64,000 nucleotides of DNA from the NCBI GenBank assembly GCA_964372665.1, contig CAYJRE010000001.1, forward strand, positions 5,941 to 69,940, given 5' to 3'. Under the pieces are notes generated by a model. The model did not search any database, was not told the DNA's origin, and saw only the letters and a program-made list of their open reading frames with translations. Source of the DNA: an uncultured archaeon. Its GTDB lineage: Archaea; Iainarchaeota; Iainarchaeia; Iainarchaeales; VGJJ01. A program made the position numbers and the translations under genes. Below are positions 45,309 through 56,014 of this stretch, one piece after another (position 1 is the first letter of the stretch; the number at the start of each line of letters is the position of its first letter).

Positions 45309-47480
45309 ATGATTCTCATCATTGCCGAAAAAAACCTTGCCGGGGAACGGATTGCGTATATTTTGGGTGGGAAGAGTGTTAAACTCCAATCGCGCGGAAC
45401 CTCCAAATATTACTCATTCTCCCGCAATGGGAAAGAACACACCGTTGTTCCCCTGCGCGGGCACATCGTGGAAGTCGATTTTCCCAAGGAATATAGTTAT
45501 TGGAAAGGTACCGATTTGAAACAACTCGTGACTGCGCCCATTCTGTATAATCCAAGCGAACCTGGGATTGCTCATTTATTGAGGGAAATTGGGAAACTAG
45601 CAACGCAAGTAATCATTGCCACGGATGCGGATCGAGAGGGGGAAAGCATTGGTGTGGAGGCCTTGCGGATTATTCAGGAGGCAAACCCCCATGTCCCGAC
45701 TTCGCGTTCGTATTTTTCGGCTATGACTCCTAAGGAAATAGTGAAAAGCTTTGATGAACTTGTTAAAGTGGATTACAATTTGTCCGATTCCGCGGATTCG
45801 CGAAGAGAAATAGATTTGATTTGGGGAGCGGTGCTCACGCGCTATGTTTCCTTGATGGCCAACCGCATGGGAAAAGAATTCATCTCCGTGGGGCGTGTTC
45901 AAACACCCGTTCTGAGATTGATCGTTGACAAAGAAAAGGAGCGCTTGGCTTTCGTGGTGAAACCCTATTGGGAAATAATCGCGGATTGTGAGAAAGACAA
46001 GAAAAGATTCGAGGCATTTCATAAGGGCGGGAAAATTTTCGAGGAAAAGAAAGCGAAGGAAATTTTTGAAAAAGTGAAAGATGAAAAGAAAGCCATCGTA
46101 AAAAAGGTCTCCACGCGAAAAAAAAATATTGCGCGACCGATTCCATTTGATACCACTTCCCTGTTGCGTGCCGCTTCCGCATTGGGTCTTACCGCTAGTC
46201 AAGCCATGAATGTGGCAGAAAGTTTGTATATGGCGGGTTACATTTCGTATCCCCGCACCGACAACCAGACCTACCCCTCGAGCATGAACCTTTCCGAGCA
46301 GTTGGAAGAACTCAAAAACGATTCGGATTATGCTCCATTTGTCGATCCTATTTTGTCCAAGCCCCTGAATCCTTCTCGGGGCGGAAAGAATACGACGGAT
46401 CACCCTCCCGTACACCCAACAAAGGTTCCAGACCGCAAGAAAATCGATTCCAAAGAATGGAAATTGTTCGATTTGGTCGCGCGTCGCTTTTTGGCCACTT
46501 TTATGCCCGACGCGCAAACCGAAAACGTAAATGTGGAACTTGAAATAAAGAAAGAGCCTTTCATCGCGACCGGGCAAACCATCCTATCTGCAGGATGGAA
46601 AGCGGTTTACCCCTTTTCCGCGCTGCAAGAATTCATTTTGCCGAAGTTGAAAGAAGGAGAGTACGTGGACGTGAAAAAAATAACCATTCCGAGGAAGGAG
46701 ACGCAGCCTCCCAGTCGTTATTCACAGAGCGCGTTGCTGAAAGTCATGCAAGACTTGAATCTCGGTACGAAAGCCACACGTGCGGATACAATCCAAAAGC
46801 TCTATGCTCGAAAATACATTTCGGGAATAAAGTCTATCGTGCCCAACCAAATTGCATTCGCGGTGATCGAATCACTCGAAAAGCACTGTGCGATTGTAAC
46901 GGAGTCCAAGATGACGGCCGAGTTGGAGTTGGAAATGGATGAGGTGGCTGCAGGAAAGAAAGAGAAACCAACAGTTGTAAATGATTCCCGGGAAATGCTG
47001 AGGGGGGTATTGGACCAATTGCTCGTCCATAAGAATGTGGTTTCCCTCGAACTCAAAAAAGCCTTAATTCATCAAGAAGTGATGGGGATTTGTCCGAATG
47101 ACAATGGAAACCTGGTGATGCGAAAAGCCGGTGCGACTGGAAAGCGATTTTTGGGTTGTTCTAATTATCCCAATTGTAAAACTACGTTTCCACTGCCTCA
47201 AAAGGGAACGTTGCATGCGACCAATCAAATATGCTCGGTATGCCATGCCGCTCCGCTCATCACGCTTTTAGGTCAACGCTATAAGATGGAGATTTGCGTG
47301 AACTATAATTGTCCGTCCAAGGATGTGTGGAAGAGGGAGCAGGAGGAGAAGGCTAAAGCGGCTGCTGCCTCGTTCGCGACCAACCAATCGATAATGCCTT
47401 CTCGGCAACCTGCTTTGTCAACCGAAAAGCCAAAGCCCTCTAAAAAATCCGCTTTGGTAAAGAGGGAGAGTCTCTCATGA
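45309..47480 (+). CDS. topA: DNA topoisomerase I (type IA) with C-terminal Zn ribbons
   Basis: TOPRIM N-terminus (IIAEKNLAGERIA, DADREGE), catalytic GYISYPRTDN Tyr motif, and C4 zinc-ribbon repeats at the C-terminus. Confidence 0.85.
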   Translation: MILIIAEKNLAGERIAYILGGKSVKLQSRGTSKYYSFSRNGKEHTVVPLRGHIVEVDFPKEYSYWKGTDLKQLVTAPILYNPSEPGIAHLLREIGKLATQVIIATDADREGESIGVEALRIIQEANPHVPTSRSYFSAMTPKEIVKSFDELVKVDYNLSDSADSRREIDLIWGAVLTRYVSLMANRMGKEFISVGRVQTPVLRLIVDKEKERLAFVVKPYWEIIADCEKDKKRFEAFHKGGKIFEEKKAKEIFEKVKDEKKAIVKKVSTRKKNIARPIPFDTTSLLRAASALGLTASQAMNVAESLYMAGYISYPRTDNQTYPSSMNLSEQLEELKNDSDYAPFVDPILSKPLNPSRGGKNTTDHPPVHPTKVPDRKKIDSKEWKLFDLVARRFLATFMPDAQTENVNVELEIKKEPFIATGQTILSAGWKAVYPFSALQEFILPKLKEGEYVDVKKITIPRKETQPPSRYSQSALLKVMQDLNLGTKATRADTIQKLYARKYISGIKSIVPNQIAFAVIESLEKHCAIVTESKMTAELELEMDEVAAGKKEKPTVVNDSREMLRGVLDQLLVHKNVVSLELKKALIHQEVMGICPNDNGNLVMRKAGATGKRFLGCSNYPNCKTTFPLPQKGTLHATNQICSVCHAAPLITLLGQRYKMEICVNYNCPSKDVWKREQEEKAKAAAASFATNQSIMPSRQPALSTEKPKPSKKSALVKRESLS

Positions 47481-48292
47481 ATCTCGTTCTGGATACCCGT
47501 AAGACCGCGCAACAGAATGCCCAGCACTTTTTTGATGAAGCCAAAAAGCTCAAGCAGAAAGTAAAGGGGGCTGAGCAAGGCATGAAGGATGTCCAAGCCA
47601 AAATAGAAAAACTGGAAAAACAATCCACTCTTGAAACCACAAAGGTTACGCGGCCGACTCCCAGGCGCTCCAAAGAATGGTTCGAAAGGTTTCGCTGGTG
47701 CCTGACTCGGAATGGATTGGTGGTGGTGGGGGGCAAGGATGCTCATTCGAACGAGGCTCTTGTAAAAAGGTATTTGGAGGAGAAGGACTGGTATTTCCAT
47801 GCCGATTTGTATGGAGCGCCGCACTGTATTCTGAGAGAGGGAAAAACAAAAGCGCGTAGAGAAGATTTGGAGGACGCGGCGAGCTTTGCGGGGTTGTTCT
47901 CAAGTGTTTGGAAGAAAGGTCTGTTTTCCGTGCGAGTTTACAAGGTTTCGCATGAGCAAGTTTCCAAAAAAGCCCCTTCGGGTGAAAGTTTAGGTCGAGG
48001 GGCATTCATGATTTATGGGCAACGAGAATGGTTCGAGCCCCGTTTGAAATTAGGGTGGGGGATCCAAGAAACCAAGGGCGGTTTTCGCATCATGTGCGGT
48101 CCGCTGGCCTGCGTGGAAGAACATTGTTTCCACGCGATGGAACTTTTTCCCGGTGAAAAATCCAAAACCGATGTGGCCAAATCCTATCTTCGTTATCTCC
48201 AAAGGCAACCCCGCCCCATTTCTATTTCGTTAGACGAGTTGGTGGCCTCCCTCCCGAGCGGAAAATTTTCCATGAAACCAATTGTTTCTTGA
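47477..48292 (+). CDS. NFACT-R (DUF814) domain protein, Rqc2/FbpA C-terminal-half-only homolog
   Basis: Coiled coil followed by RFRWCLTRNGLVVVGGKDAHSNEALVKRYLEEKDWYFHADLYGAPHCIL, the NFACT-R core. ATGA overlap with the topA stop. Confidence 0.55.
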   Translation: MNLVLDTRKTAQQNAQHFFDEAKKLKQKVKGAEQGMKDVQAKIEKLEKQSTLETTKVTRPTPRRSKEWFERFRWCLTRNGLVVVGGKDAHSNEALVKRYLEEKDWYFHADLYGAPHCILREGKTKARREDLEDAASFAGLFSSVWKKGLFSVRVYKVSHEQVSKKAPSGESLGRGAFMIYGQREWFEPRLKLGWGIQETKGGFRIMCGPLACVEEHCFHAMELFPGEKSKTDVAKSYLRYLQRQPRPISISLDELVASLPSGKFSMKPIVS

Positions 48293-48349
48293 TGAAAAAA
48301 GGCCTCCTTTTTGAAGGGTTTATAAAATTAGTTTGTTCTGATAATACGT

Positions 48350-51300
48350 ATGGCTCCCCTTCCCAATCCATCCCCGAGTCAGAATGCCAGTTCTGTGCCG
48401 GGCCCCAAACGATCCGTCGTGTTAAAGGTCCAGGAGCCTTCTCCTACCCACGTGGGAAGAAACATTGTCACGTTGGATCGAAAGTCCAAGCAATTGTTGG
48501 GGATTACTTCCGGGGACATTGTTGAGATTGAAGGATCAAAAAAAACAGCCGCGATTGTGTGGCCGGCTCGTACGGAGGATGAGGGGAAGGACACGATTCG
48601 CATGGACAACTTAATCCGTCACAATGCGGGGATAAACTTAGGTGAAAAGGTTTCAGTGAGACCAGCAGTGTTCAAAGAGGCCCAGAAAGTGGTGCTAGCT
48701 CCCACACAGGACGTGCATATTATTGCATCCGGGTATGAGCGGATTCTCAAAAAAACATTTATTGGAAGGCCGTTGACGCGGGGAGACAATGTTTGGATTA
48801 CTGTTTTTGGTTCGGGTTTCATTTACCGTGTGGTGGAAGCCAATCCGCGCGGCATTGTTAAAGTCACGGATTTTACTCAATTCATCCTCAAGGACGAACC
48901 AATCAAGGGAGAATTGGAAGGGGTTCCTCGAATCGCCTACGAAGATGTGGGTGGATTGGGTTCCCAAGTTCAAAAAGTTCGCGAAATGATTGAACTGCCC
49001 ATGCGTCATCCCGAATTGTTCCGAAAACTGGGAATCGAGCCTCCCAAAGGAGTATTGTTGCACGGTCCTCCGGGAACCGGAAAAACGTTGCTCGCGAAAG
49101 CGGTCGCGAATGAGACGCAAGCGCACTTCATTTCGGTTTCCGCGCCGAGCATCATGTGTGTAGGAGAAGACACTCCCATTTTGACGAATCCGAGGGGGGC
49201 TAAAACAGCTAAACTGTTGTTTGATGAAGCTAAATCGAAAGGAAAAGTTGTTCAAGATGGAAGATATGAAGTGGTGGAGTTGCAGGAGCCTTTGTCCGTA
49301 TTCGGTCTAGATGCTGACCTGAAAATAAAGAAGGGGCGCATTACTCACCTCACAAAACTCAAAGCACCTGCTTTGCGCGTGCGAAATAATTTAGGAGATG
49401 AAATCGTTGTTTCGAGCAACCAGCCCTTTGCCATGCTGGACGCATTCGGAAATTTGTCATGGAAAACGGCAGGGAACATGGTGGAAGGGGAATACGTTGC
49501 GTGCGCGAGCGAACTTCCGGGAGGAAAATCGCATTCATTTGATTTAGGGGGCATAGAAAATAATCCGAAGGCAAGCGTGAAGCGAACAGGAGACGGTTAT
49601 TCCGTGAGAATTTTTGGTGGGCAGCCCGTTCATAATGCGGGTTTTGTATCTTTTCCTGTTTCCACTTCTCCCCAATTCATGCGTGTGATGGGATTAATGT
49701 ATTCGAAAGGGTGTCTTTCGAAGGATGGGCTCGATTTTTCAAACCAAGATTTGGTACTCAAAAAAGAGTTTAATGTCCTTGTAAAGCAACTCTTTGGACT
49801 TGAAGGGGTCATCAAGAAAGACAGGGTTGCGGTTTATTCACGAACATTGCGTGAGCTGTTTGTTAGAGTATTGGGATACCCCGTGGGCCCGAAGAAAAAC
49901 TATCATTTACCTTTATGGATGTTTGGTTTAACGAAAAAGGAAACGGCTGGTTTTATTCAGGGCTATTTTGAGGGAGATGGAACAGTTGGGTTGTCAGGTA
50001 ATGAGTATCCGACCATCCGTTTGTATGCAAAAGCAAAAACAGCGCTGGGAGATATTAATATTTTACTCCGAAAGATGGGGCTTATAGCCAAGCTCGTCCC
50101 GTGGAAGACTCCATTAGGATTGATGCACTGCCTGGAGCTTTTAGGCAGCCAATCGCGGGAGCTTTTTGCTCAACAAATGGATTCTACCACTCCAAAGTTC
50201 GCTCGCTTGAAAAAGTGGTTGAACCAAAGGAAGAAATCGGGGGATGACTTGCATATCCCCTCAATTGGGCCACTTCTGCAATCAGTCAAGAAAGCAAAAG
50301 GTCTTATTTACGGTAAAACCCTTCCAGAAGGTCCGACTGAAAGATATATTTCGGGCAGAGACCCTTTGACGTATCGAAAGCTCGAAGAAATAGATGGATT
50401 GATGGGGCACGATCCTGCCTTACAAAAGATAATGCGCGCCAATATTCGTTGGGCCCGGATTGAATCGATTCAAGATGAAGGAGAAAAAGAGCTATACGAT
50501 TTAACCGTTGAACCTTTCAGCAATTTTTTAGGCGGATCAAGCCTGATGGTGCTTCACAATTCCAAATTCGTTGGGGAGGCCGAAGAAAGAGTTCGGCAAA
50601 TTTTTAAGGAGGCTGAAGAGAATGCCCCGAGCATTATTTTCATCGATGAGATTGATGCGATTGCCCCGAAGAGGGAAGAAGTGATTGGAGAAGTCGAGCG
50701 TAGAGTCGTGGCGCAATTGCTTTCCTTGATGGATGGAATGGAAGCGCGGGGAAATACTATTGTGATTGCGGCCACGAACCGCGTGAATTCTATTGATGAG
50801 GCATTACGGAGGCCGGGACGATTCGATCGCGAAATTGAGATTGGCGTTCCGGATAAGGAGGGTCGGAAAGAGATCCTGCAGATTCACACACGGGGAATGC
50901 CTCTGGGAAAGGTTGGGGATAGGACAGTGGATCTGGATTATTTTGCAGGTATTACTCATGGTTTTGTTGGTGCAGACTTGACTGCGCTGGCCAAAGAATC
51001 CGCCATGAAAGCCCTGCGGAGATATTTGCCTGAAATTAACTTACAGGAAGAGACTATTCCGGAAGAAGTCTTGGAGAAGATGGAAGTTACCCGATCAGAT
51101 TTTGAAGATGCATTAAAGGAAATTCAGCCATCTGCCTTGCGTGAGGTAACCGTGGAAATTCCAAACGTGAAGTGGGAAGACATTGGGGCATTAGAAGATG
51201 TCAAAGCCCAGTTGCGGCAGGCCGTTGAGTGGCCACTGAAAAATCCAGGGATGTTTAAGGAGATGGGTGTCCGGCCCACGCGAGGAATTCTATTATATGG

Positions 51301-51997
51301 CCCCCCCGGCACGGGGAAAACACTTTTAGCTAAGGCAATTGCCACTGAAAGTCAAGCTAATTTCATTTCAATTAAAGGGCCGGAGTTATTCAGCAAGTGG
51401 GTGGGGGATAGCGAAAAGGGTATTAGACAAGTGTTCAAACGCGCGCGTCAGGTTGCCCCGTGTATCGTTTTCTTTGATGAATTCGATTCCATTGCTTCAT
51501 ATCGTGGAAGCAGCGCTGACTTTGGAGTGGGGGAGAGAGTGGTTAATCAATTATTGACGGAGTTGGACGGGATTGAGTCATTGAAAGATGTTGTGTTTGT
51601 CGCGGCTACGAATCGTCCGGATTTGATCGATCCCGGATTGTTGCGTCCGGGTCGGATCGACAAACAGGTTGAAGTAAAGATGCCAGATGAGAAAGCTCGA
51701 TTAAAGATTTTGGATATCCAGACACGTGGTGTCAGAATGGAAAAAGGCATCTCCCTGAATGAATTAGCCAAACGAACGCCAAACTTTTCAGGGGCCGATT
51801 TATCATGTTTAGTGCGCGAAGCTGCCATGTTTGCATTGGAGAAAAATAAACTTAAACCAACCCCCATCACGATGAAACATTTTGAGGAAGTGTTGGAACG
51901 CATGATTGGCAGTGTTAGCCCGGAAGCCGTCGAATCGTTCGCAGAATATCGTAAAAGCAAAACATCCGAAGGGTTCAAGCCCAATTATGTGCGCTGA
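48350..51997 (+). CDS. cdc48: Cdc48/VCP AAA+ ATPase (two AAA domains) containing an intein in D1
   Basis: N-domain, then D1 Walker [16 protein letters not shown]. The host sequence [10 protein letters not shown] / [15 protein letters not shown] is interrupted. A complete D2 follows ([15 protein letters not shown] ... SIAS ...). Confidence 0.9.
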   Translation: MAPLPNPSPSQNASSVPGPKRSVVLKVQEPSPTHVGRNIVTLDRKSKQLLGITSGDIVEIEGSKKTAAIVWPARTEDEGKDTIRMDNLIRHNAGINLGEKVSVRPAVFKEAQKVVLAPTQDVHIIASGYERILKKTFIGRPLTRGDNVWITVFGSGFIYRVVEANPRGIVKVTDFTQFILKDEPIKGELEGVPRIAYEDVGGLGSQVQKVREMIELPMRHPELFRKLGIEPPKGVLLHGPPGTGKTLLAKAVANETQAHFISVSAPSIMCVGEDTPILTNPRGAKTAKLLFDEAKSKGKVVQDGRYEVVELQEPLSVFGLDADLKIKKGRITHLTKLKAPALRVRNNLGDEIVVSSNQPFAMLDAFGNLSWKTAGNMVEGEYVACASELPGGKSHSFDLGGIENNPKASVKRTGDGYSVRIFGGQPVHNAGFVSFPVSTSPQFMRVMGLMYSKGCLSKDGLDFSNQDLVLKKEFNVLVKQLFGLEGVIKKDRVAVYSRTLRELFVRVLGYPVGPKKNYHLPLWMFGLTKKETAGFIQGYFEGDGTVGLSGNEYPTIRLYAKAKTALGDINILLRKMGLIAKLVPWKTPLGLMHCLELLGSQSRELFAQQMDSTTPKFARLKKWLNQRKKSGDDLHIPSIGPLLQSVKKAKGLIYGKTLPEGPTERYISGRDPLTYRKLEEIDGLMGHDPALQKIMRANIRWARIESIQDEGEKELYDLTVEPFSNFLGGSSLMVLHNSKFVGEAEERVRQIFKEAEENAPSIIFIDEIDAIAPKREEVIGEVERRVVAQLLSLMDGMEARGNTIVIAATNRVNSIDEALRRPGRFDREIEIGVPDKEGRKEILQIHTRGMPLGKVGDRTVDLDYFAGITHGFVGADLTALAKESAMKALRRYLPEINLQEETIPEEVLEKMEVTRSDFEDALKEIQPSALREVTVEIPNVKWEDIGALEDVKAQLRQAVEWPLKNPGMFKEMGVRPTRGILLYGPPGTGKTLLAKAIATESQANFISIKGPELFSKWVGDSEKGIRQVFKRARQVAPCIVFFDEFDSIASYRGSSADFGVGERVVNQLLTELDGIESLKDVVFVAATNRPDLIDPGLLRPGRIDKQVEVKMPDEKARLKILDIQTRGVRMEKGISLNELAKRTPNFSGADLSCLVREAAMFALEKNKLKPTPITMKHFEEVLERMIGSVSPEAVESFAEYRKSKTSEGFKPNYVR
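49157..50560 (+). mobile_element. canonical intein with LAGLIDADG endonuclease domain in Cdc48 D1 (468 aa)
   Basis: Starts with Cys ([10 protein letters not shown]). LAGLIDADG block [15 protein letters not shown]. Ends SSLMVLHN, followed by +1 Ser. Confidence 0.8.
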
Positions 51998-52001
51998 GCT
52001 A

Positions 52002-52388
52002 TCACTGCATCGCACGCTTTTCTTTTTCTTGGCCGTTTCGGCCACGAACGAATTTGGACATTTCCTTTCTCGCGGCATCGGTGTGGTATTCTAATGCCAA
52101 TCGTGCCTCTACTTTTTCGATTCGTTTGAGCTCATTTCCCACGTTTAAATAGTGCAAAACCGCCAAGCTTGCTAAAATGATTCCACCAAAAACAAAACCC
52201 GATTCCACGATTCGGAACGGAAGGGCAGTATCATCAAACACTTTTAATAGAGTGAATCCCGTGGCGAACAGCCCGAGCCCGATGCCCGCAGTGCTGAGTT
52301 GGGTACGCTGTTCCGCCAAAAGCGTTCGTTCTTTGGCGAGAATGGTGCGCATGTCCACCGAATAGTCTTCCAGGTCCCCCCGAATCAT
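52002..52388 (-). CDS. DUF202 (YidH-like) small membrane protein
   Basis: ILAKERTLLAEQRTQLSTAGI motif plus two TM helices. Confidence 0.6.
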   Translation of the reverse strand: MIRGDLEDYSVDMRTILAKERTLLAEQRTQLSTAGIGLGLFATGFTLLKVFDDTALPFRIVESGFVFGGIILASLAVLHYLNVGNELKRIEKVEARLALEYHTDAARKEMSKFVRGRNGQEKEKRAMQ

Positions 52389-52430
52389 GCAAGGGGTAAT
52401 GTTTTTAGGATTTTTAAGGTTGGTGATTTT

Positions 52431-53003
52431 TTAGATTATGAAAAGGATGAGAAACAAAGGGATGAACATAATAGCCCAAATCCCTTTGTTCCAAGCAAAA
52501 ACTTTGCTTCCGTCCAAAATGAAAAAGGGCAATAGATTGAATAAGGCTAAATACAAGTTAATGGTTCCAACGATTCCCGCGGCTTGTCCAATGTAGGAGG
52601 TTTGGTAAAGCAATGCCACCCCCATCGCCAACAATCCAATCACGATATTCATGAGCGGCCCGGCCGCAGAAATGATCCCGTTCTCTGTCAAGGAAACGCG
52701 TTTTCCGTAAATATAAACCGCTCCCGGCGCCGCAAAGATGAAGCGAAAAAAGAAGGCGACCGCCAACGCAAAAATCAACCCCAAATTCCATGCCCGGTAT
52801 TCGGCCTTGGCACCGAAATAAATCGCCACATATTTATGGGCCAATTCATGTAATAGGAACCCGGTCCCCACCGCCAACGCGGCAATGGCGAGGGCGTTTG
52901 AAAATCCAGTCACGTTTGCCCCTCGTTCGGAGAAGACGAAGGCAAAGGCGGCTGACAACGATATCCAACTGATTAACAAATCGGTTAGCTCTTGGTTGTT
53001 CAT
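52431..53003 (-). CDS. M50/site-2-protease-family membrane zinc metalloprotease (short form)
   Basis: HELAH zinc site in TM context and LDGS (second metal-ligand motif). Confidence 0.6.
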   Translation of the reverse strand: MNNQELTDLLISWISLSAAFAFVFSERGANVTGFSNALAIAALAVGTGFLLHELAHKYVAIYFGAKAEYRAWNLGLIFALAVAFFFRFIFAAPGAVYIYGKRVSLTENGIISAAGPLMNIVIGLLAMGVALLYQTSYIGQAAGIVGTINLYLALFNLLPFFILDGSKVFAWNKGIWAIMFIPLFLILFII

Positions 53004-53066
53004 CCACCAATCAACCAGGAAGCGTTATTTAAGGGTATTATCCTCCGAAAGCGTTCTACATACTTT

Positions 53067-53190
53067 ACTGACACTCTCGCGCCCGAAGCCCCTGCCTTTC
53101 AGGCAAGGGTAAAGGCGTAGCCGTTTGTCAATCGCGCTTTCTCCAACGCCATTTCAACAGGAGCCCACGCCTTTAGGCGTGGGAGTGTCA
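53067..53190. mobile_element. MITE-like element, family A, copy 2
   Basis: Same sequence and orientation as 20858..20981. Confidence 0.75.
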
Positions 53191-53249
53191 CCTGAAAATT
53201 TTACCTAGTTTTAATTGTTTTTCGGTTACCTTGTGAAGCAGGTGAGAAC

Positions 53250-53432
53250 ATGCGTTGGCATCTAGAAGAATCCCGTGCCCAAATTTCGATTGAAATGATT
53301 TTGGTCATGGCTGCGGTCGTGGCAGTTGTTTTGTTATTGGTCACGCAGCTCCAATCCTCGAGCGAGAAGGGCGTCAACAAACTCAAGCAGAAAACCGATG
53401 ACATTTTTCGCGAAATCGAGGAAATCGATTGA
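53250..53432 (+). CDS. DUF361-type pilin (class III signal peptide), 60 aa
   Basis: MRWHLEESRAQISIEMILVMAAVVAVVLLLV. Confidence 0.55.
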   Translation: MRWHLEESRAQISIEMILVMAAVVAVVLLLVTQLQSSSEKGVNKLKQKTDDIFREIEEID

Positions 53433-53444
53433 GGGATAATAAAA

Positions 53445-53846
53445 ATGAATTCATCCGGTCAAATATCGCTCGAAGCTTTGCTTTTATGGGCCGGTTTGGC
53501 TAGTTCGATGGCCTTCTTTCTACCTATCTTTTCACAAGTAATGCACGCTCAAGCCTTGCTGGTTCACGTTCGCATGGTTGATTCTCTCGGAGCGGAGGTT
53601 TCGCATTCCATCAACGAGCTCTCTTTTTTAGCGGAAGGGAGCGTTCGTATAGTAAAAATTCCTTCTATTACGAATGCAAGCATCGAGATTTTTCCTCAAG
53701 GGATGGTTTTGTTTTTGGAGGATGATTCCTTTTTGCTTCCGAAAGAATGGAGAATTGAAAGTCCAGTTCCATTAGAGGGGAATCCTTCCTTCAACAAGAA
53801 GGAATGGGTTTTTACTCGAACGGAAAATGGGATTGGGGTTCAATAA
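53445..53846 (+). CDS. DUF361-type pilin-like protein
   Basis: MNSSGQISLEALLLWAGLASSMAFFL. Confidence 0.5.
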   Translation: MNSSGQISLEALLLWAGLASSMAFFLPIFSQVMHAQALLVHVRMVDSLGAEVSHSINELSFLAEGSVRIVKIPSITNASIEIFPQGMVLFLEDDSFLLPKEWRIESPVPLEGNPSFNKKEWVFTRTENGIGVQ

Positions 53847-54147
53847 TAATACTAATTTCCTCTAGTTTGTTTTTTTTGATTCGCTGAGCGTGGCATGTGA
53901 CGCTATTTTTTTCGTGCGAATGTGTTTCGTCCCCCCACCGTATTTTTGCTATGTTTCCAGAAACAGCAACAATTTCATCCATTTCGTTTCCATATGTCCA
54001 GACTCCTGCCAAATTGTGACAAAGATCACGAGCTAACTCTATTTGATTTTTTACCGATTGACCAAAATTTGTTTCCTGAACCAGGGTGGATGTGATAAGG
54101 AGTCCAATCAGCAATTCGAATAGGAAAAAGAATCCTCTAGGCTTCAC
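53812..54147 (-). CDS. pilin-like protein (KG/RG-F type class III signal)
   Basis: MKPRGFFFLFELLIGLLITSTLV. The 3' end overlaps the convergent gene by ~35 nt. Confidence 0.45.
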   Translation of the reverse strand: MKPRGFFFLFELLIGLLITSTLVQETNFGQSVKNQIELARDLCHNLAGVWTYGNEMDEIVAVSGNIAKIRWGDETHSHEKNSVTCHAQRIKKNKLEEISIIIEPQSHFPFE

Positions 54148-54601
54148 AGGTCGTCACCTCTAATCGAGCGATTGTTTGGGTTTCCTCCAATATGACTATT
54201 TTTTCTATTCCCGAGCATATGGCGTCCGCAACGATGGGTTTTTCCCACAATATCTTCTTTTCGCTTGGAGTCAGCATGGCCACCCGATAAACAAAATTCG
54301 ATGGATCGTATTGGGACAATTTTTCCAAGCAGGTTTGGCTCACCACATACTCTTTCACGCGTCTTTTCTCAGGTGAATAAACTGCACATCCAAACCAAGG
54401 GTTGGCGTGATGCTGTCGAACAAGGGTTTCGCTTTGGATTAAACTTAGTCCAAGAGTCTTCTGGTTTTTCCATTGCATGTTTTTTTCGTGGGCGATTTGT
54501 TGACTCACTTGCCAGACGAGGAGTAGAATGAATAGCCATGCAGTGAAAACGAGCAGTGTTTCGAGCGAGAAAATGAACCCTTTAGTCATAGTGGTTGGCA
54601 T
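54137..54601 (-). CDS. pilin-like protein
   Basis: MPTTMTKGFIFSLETLLVFTAWLFILLLV. Confidence 0.45.
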   Translation of the reverse strand: MPTTMTKGFIFSLETLLVFTAWLFILLLVWQVSQQIAHEKNMQWKNQKTLGLSLIQSETLVRQHHANPWFGCAVYSPEKRRVKEYVVSQTCLEKLSQYDPSNFVYRVAMLTPSEKKILWEKPIVADAICSGIEKIVILEETQTIARLEVTTCEA

Positions 54602-54860
54602 CCATCCCTACGTATAGCTCAAACGGGCCCGTAGGCGAATGAATCGCATACGGATAAAAAAAACAATCTTGGGCAGTGATGCGCGCATAGTGGGTCAGTG
54701 CCTTTTCGTGGCGGATGCTGCAATCCAATCCGTGTTGTTTCTCGGTCCATGTTAGGATGCTTTTTTGGATTTGCTGGATGTGTTCTTGAATGGGAGTCGA
54801 GAGGATCAATAGGCAGGTCAAAAGCGCGGAATACACGAGCATCCATTCGAAGGTTTGCAT
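54582..54860 (-). CDS. small hydrophobic N-terminus protein, possibly pilin-related
   Basis: MQTFEWMLVYSALLTCLLIL. Internal Met of track ORF 54582..55073. The upstream part overlaps the next gene. Confidence 0.35.
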   Translation of the reverse strand: MQTFEWMLVYSALLTCLLILSTPIQEHIQQIQKSILTWTEKQHGLDCSIRHEKALTHYARITAQDCFFYPYAIHSPTGPFELYVGMDANHYD

Positions 54861-54865
54861 CTTTT

Positions 54866-55450
54866 TTACTCCTTTTTTTGGAATTGGCAGGGCATTTTTC
54901 CAGTAATCGTAGTCGCGCACGCGTGATATCCGATTGGTAGCGCGAATAAGGTTTGGGTTCGAGGAGCATGGATTTTGGAGAGGAAAACCGTGCTTCCAAA
55001 TGCGCAGCCGGTGTACGTGTATTCGCCGTACCAATTTGTTCCGTCGATAGGCAAAACGAGCACGTGCGAACACTCATTGAGATAAGAAAGCGAAACCGGA
55101 ATCGTATTCGTATCTAAGAGTGCCAAATACTGGGTCTGTTGGAGCAGAGAAAAACCGGTTTGGTAAACGATGGGGGTGTTTTGTTTTCGGGTTAGGTCAT
55201 CAATGATTCCGATGATGCGGGAATTGATTCTGTTTTTGATTAGCTCGGGTTTCTCATGCAGTATCAGTCCCTCATGCAATCCCGAATCAATCACTTCATC
55301 TACCAAATTTTCCATTTCGAGTCGCTTGAGGGAAATAGCACTGGAATGGATGCTGTCTTCGAATCCGGGCAATGTTTGGAACTGATGGATAGTAACGAGG
55401 AGTTGCCCCACGAGAAAAAGAAAGAGGAAACTTGAAAACCCTTTAGTCAT
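54866..55450 (-). CDS. pilin-like protein
   Basis: MTKGFSSFLFLFLVGQLLV. Confidence 0.45.
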   Translation of the reverse strand: MTKGFSSFLFLFLVGQLLVTIHQFQTLPGFEDSIHSSAISLKRLEMENLVDEVIDSGLHEGLILHEKPELIKNRINSRIIGIIDDLTRKQNTPIVYQTGFSLLQQTQYLALLDTNTIPVSLSYLNECSHVLVLPIDGTNWYGEYTYTGCAFGSTVFLSKIHAPRTQTLFALPIGYHACATTITGKMPCQFQKKE

Positions 55451-55531
55451 GCCCGAGTTTGTTTTTTGGAAGAGGTTAAAAAGCTAGGCAAAATTTTTTG
55501 GGGTGAGGGAGGGGGTGATGATTTTTTTTTT

Positions 55532-55654
55532 CACTGAAACTCCCACGCCCGAAGCCCCTGCCTTGAAGGCAGGGGTAAAGGCGTCGCAATGATTATTGCG
55601 TTTTTTCAAAGCAATCCCGGAAGAAGCCCACGCCTTTAGGCGTGGGAGTTTCAC
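55532..55654. mobile_element. MITE-like element, family B, copy 2
   Basis: Same sequence and orientation as 25164..25286. Confidence 0.75.
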
Positions 55655-55689
55655 CACCCCCGCTAGAGGGGAAGCCAATGCTGCAAGGG

Positions 55690-55902
55690 TCAAGCGACCA
55701 TGGGGACGCCGTGTTTGAATGGCGTTTCATTCAATATCCCGCGCTCCTCGTGTTCGATGCGGGACAATAGTTTGTATAATTCGGCCCGCGCCGCGTGAAA
55801 ATCAGGCGTGCGGGGGAGCGTTTGAAACAATTTTTCTTTTTTTTCTTTCAACAGGATTATTTTTCGTGTTTCCATCCAATTTTCCAAACTCATTCCTTTC
55901 AC
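55690..55902 (-). CDS. small hypothetical protein
   Basis: 70-aa ORF with no motif. Confidence 0.25.
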   Translation of the reverse strand: MKGMSLENWMETRKIILLKEKKEKLFQTLPRTPDFHAARAELYKLLSRIEHEERGILNETPFKHGVPMVA

Positions 55903-55984
55903 CCTCCTTTTTTGAGAAAGAAAGTGGAGAAACCGAGGCTATTAACATTTGGAAAGGGGGTGAACCGCCGAGAAAAAAGAGTGG

Positions 55985-56008
55985 GAAAGGGGATTTTATC
56001 CCCTTTCC
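55985..56008 (-). terminator. hairpin GGAAAGGGGAT-TTT-ATCCCCTTTCC followed on the minus strand by a T-run, just 3' of the large secreted-protein gene
   Basis: Perfect 11-bp stem seen in the sequence. The minus strand reads ...CTCTTTTTTTC after the stem. Confidence 0.45.
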
Positions 56009-56014
56009 TTAAAA

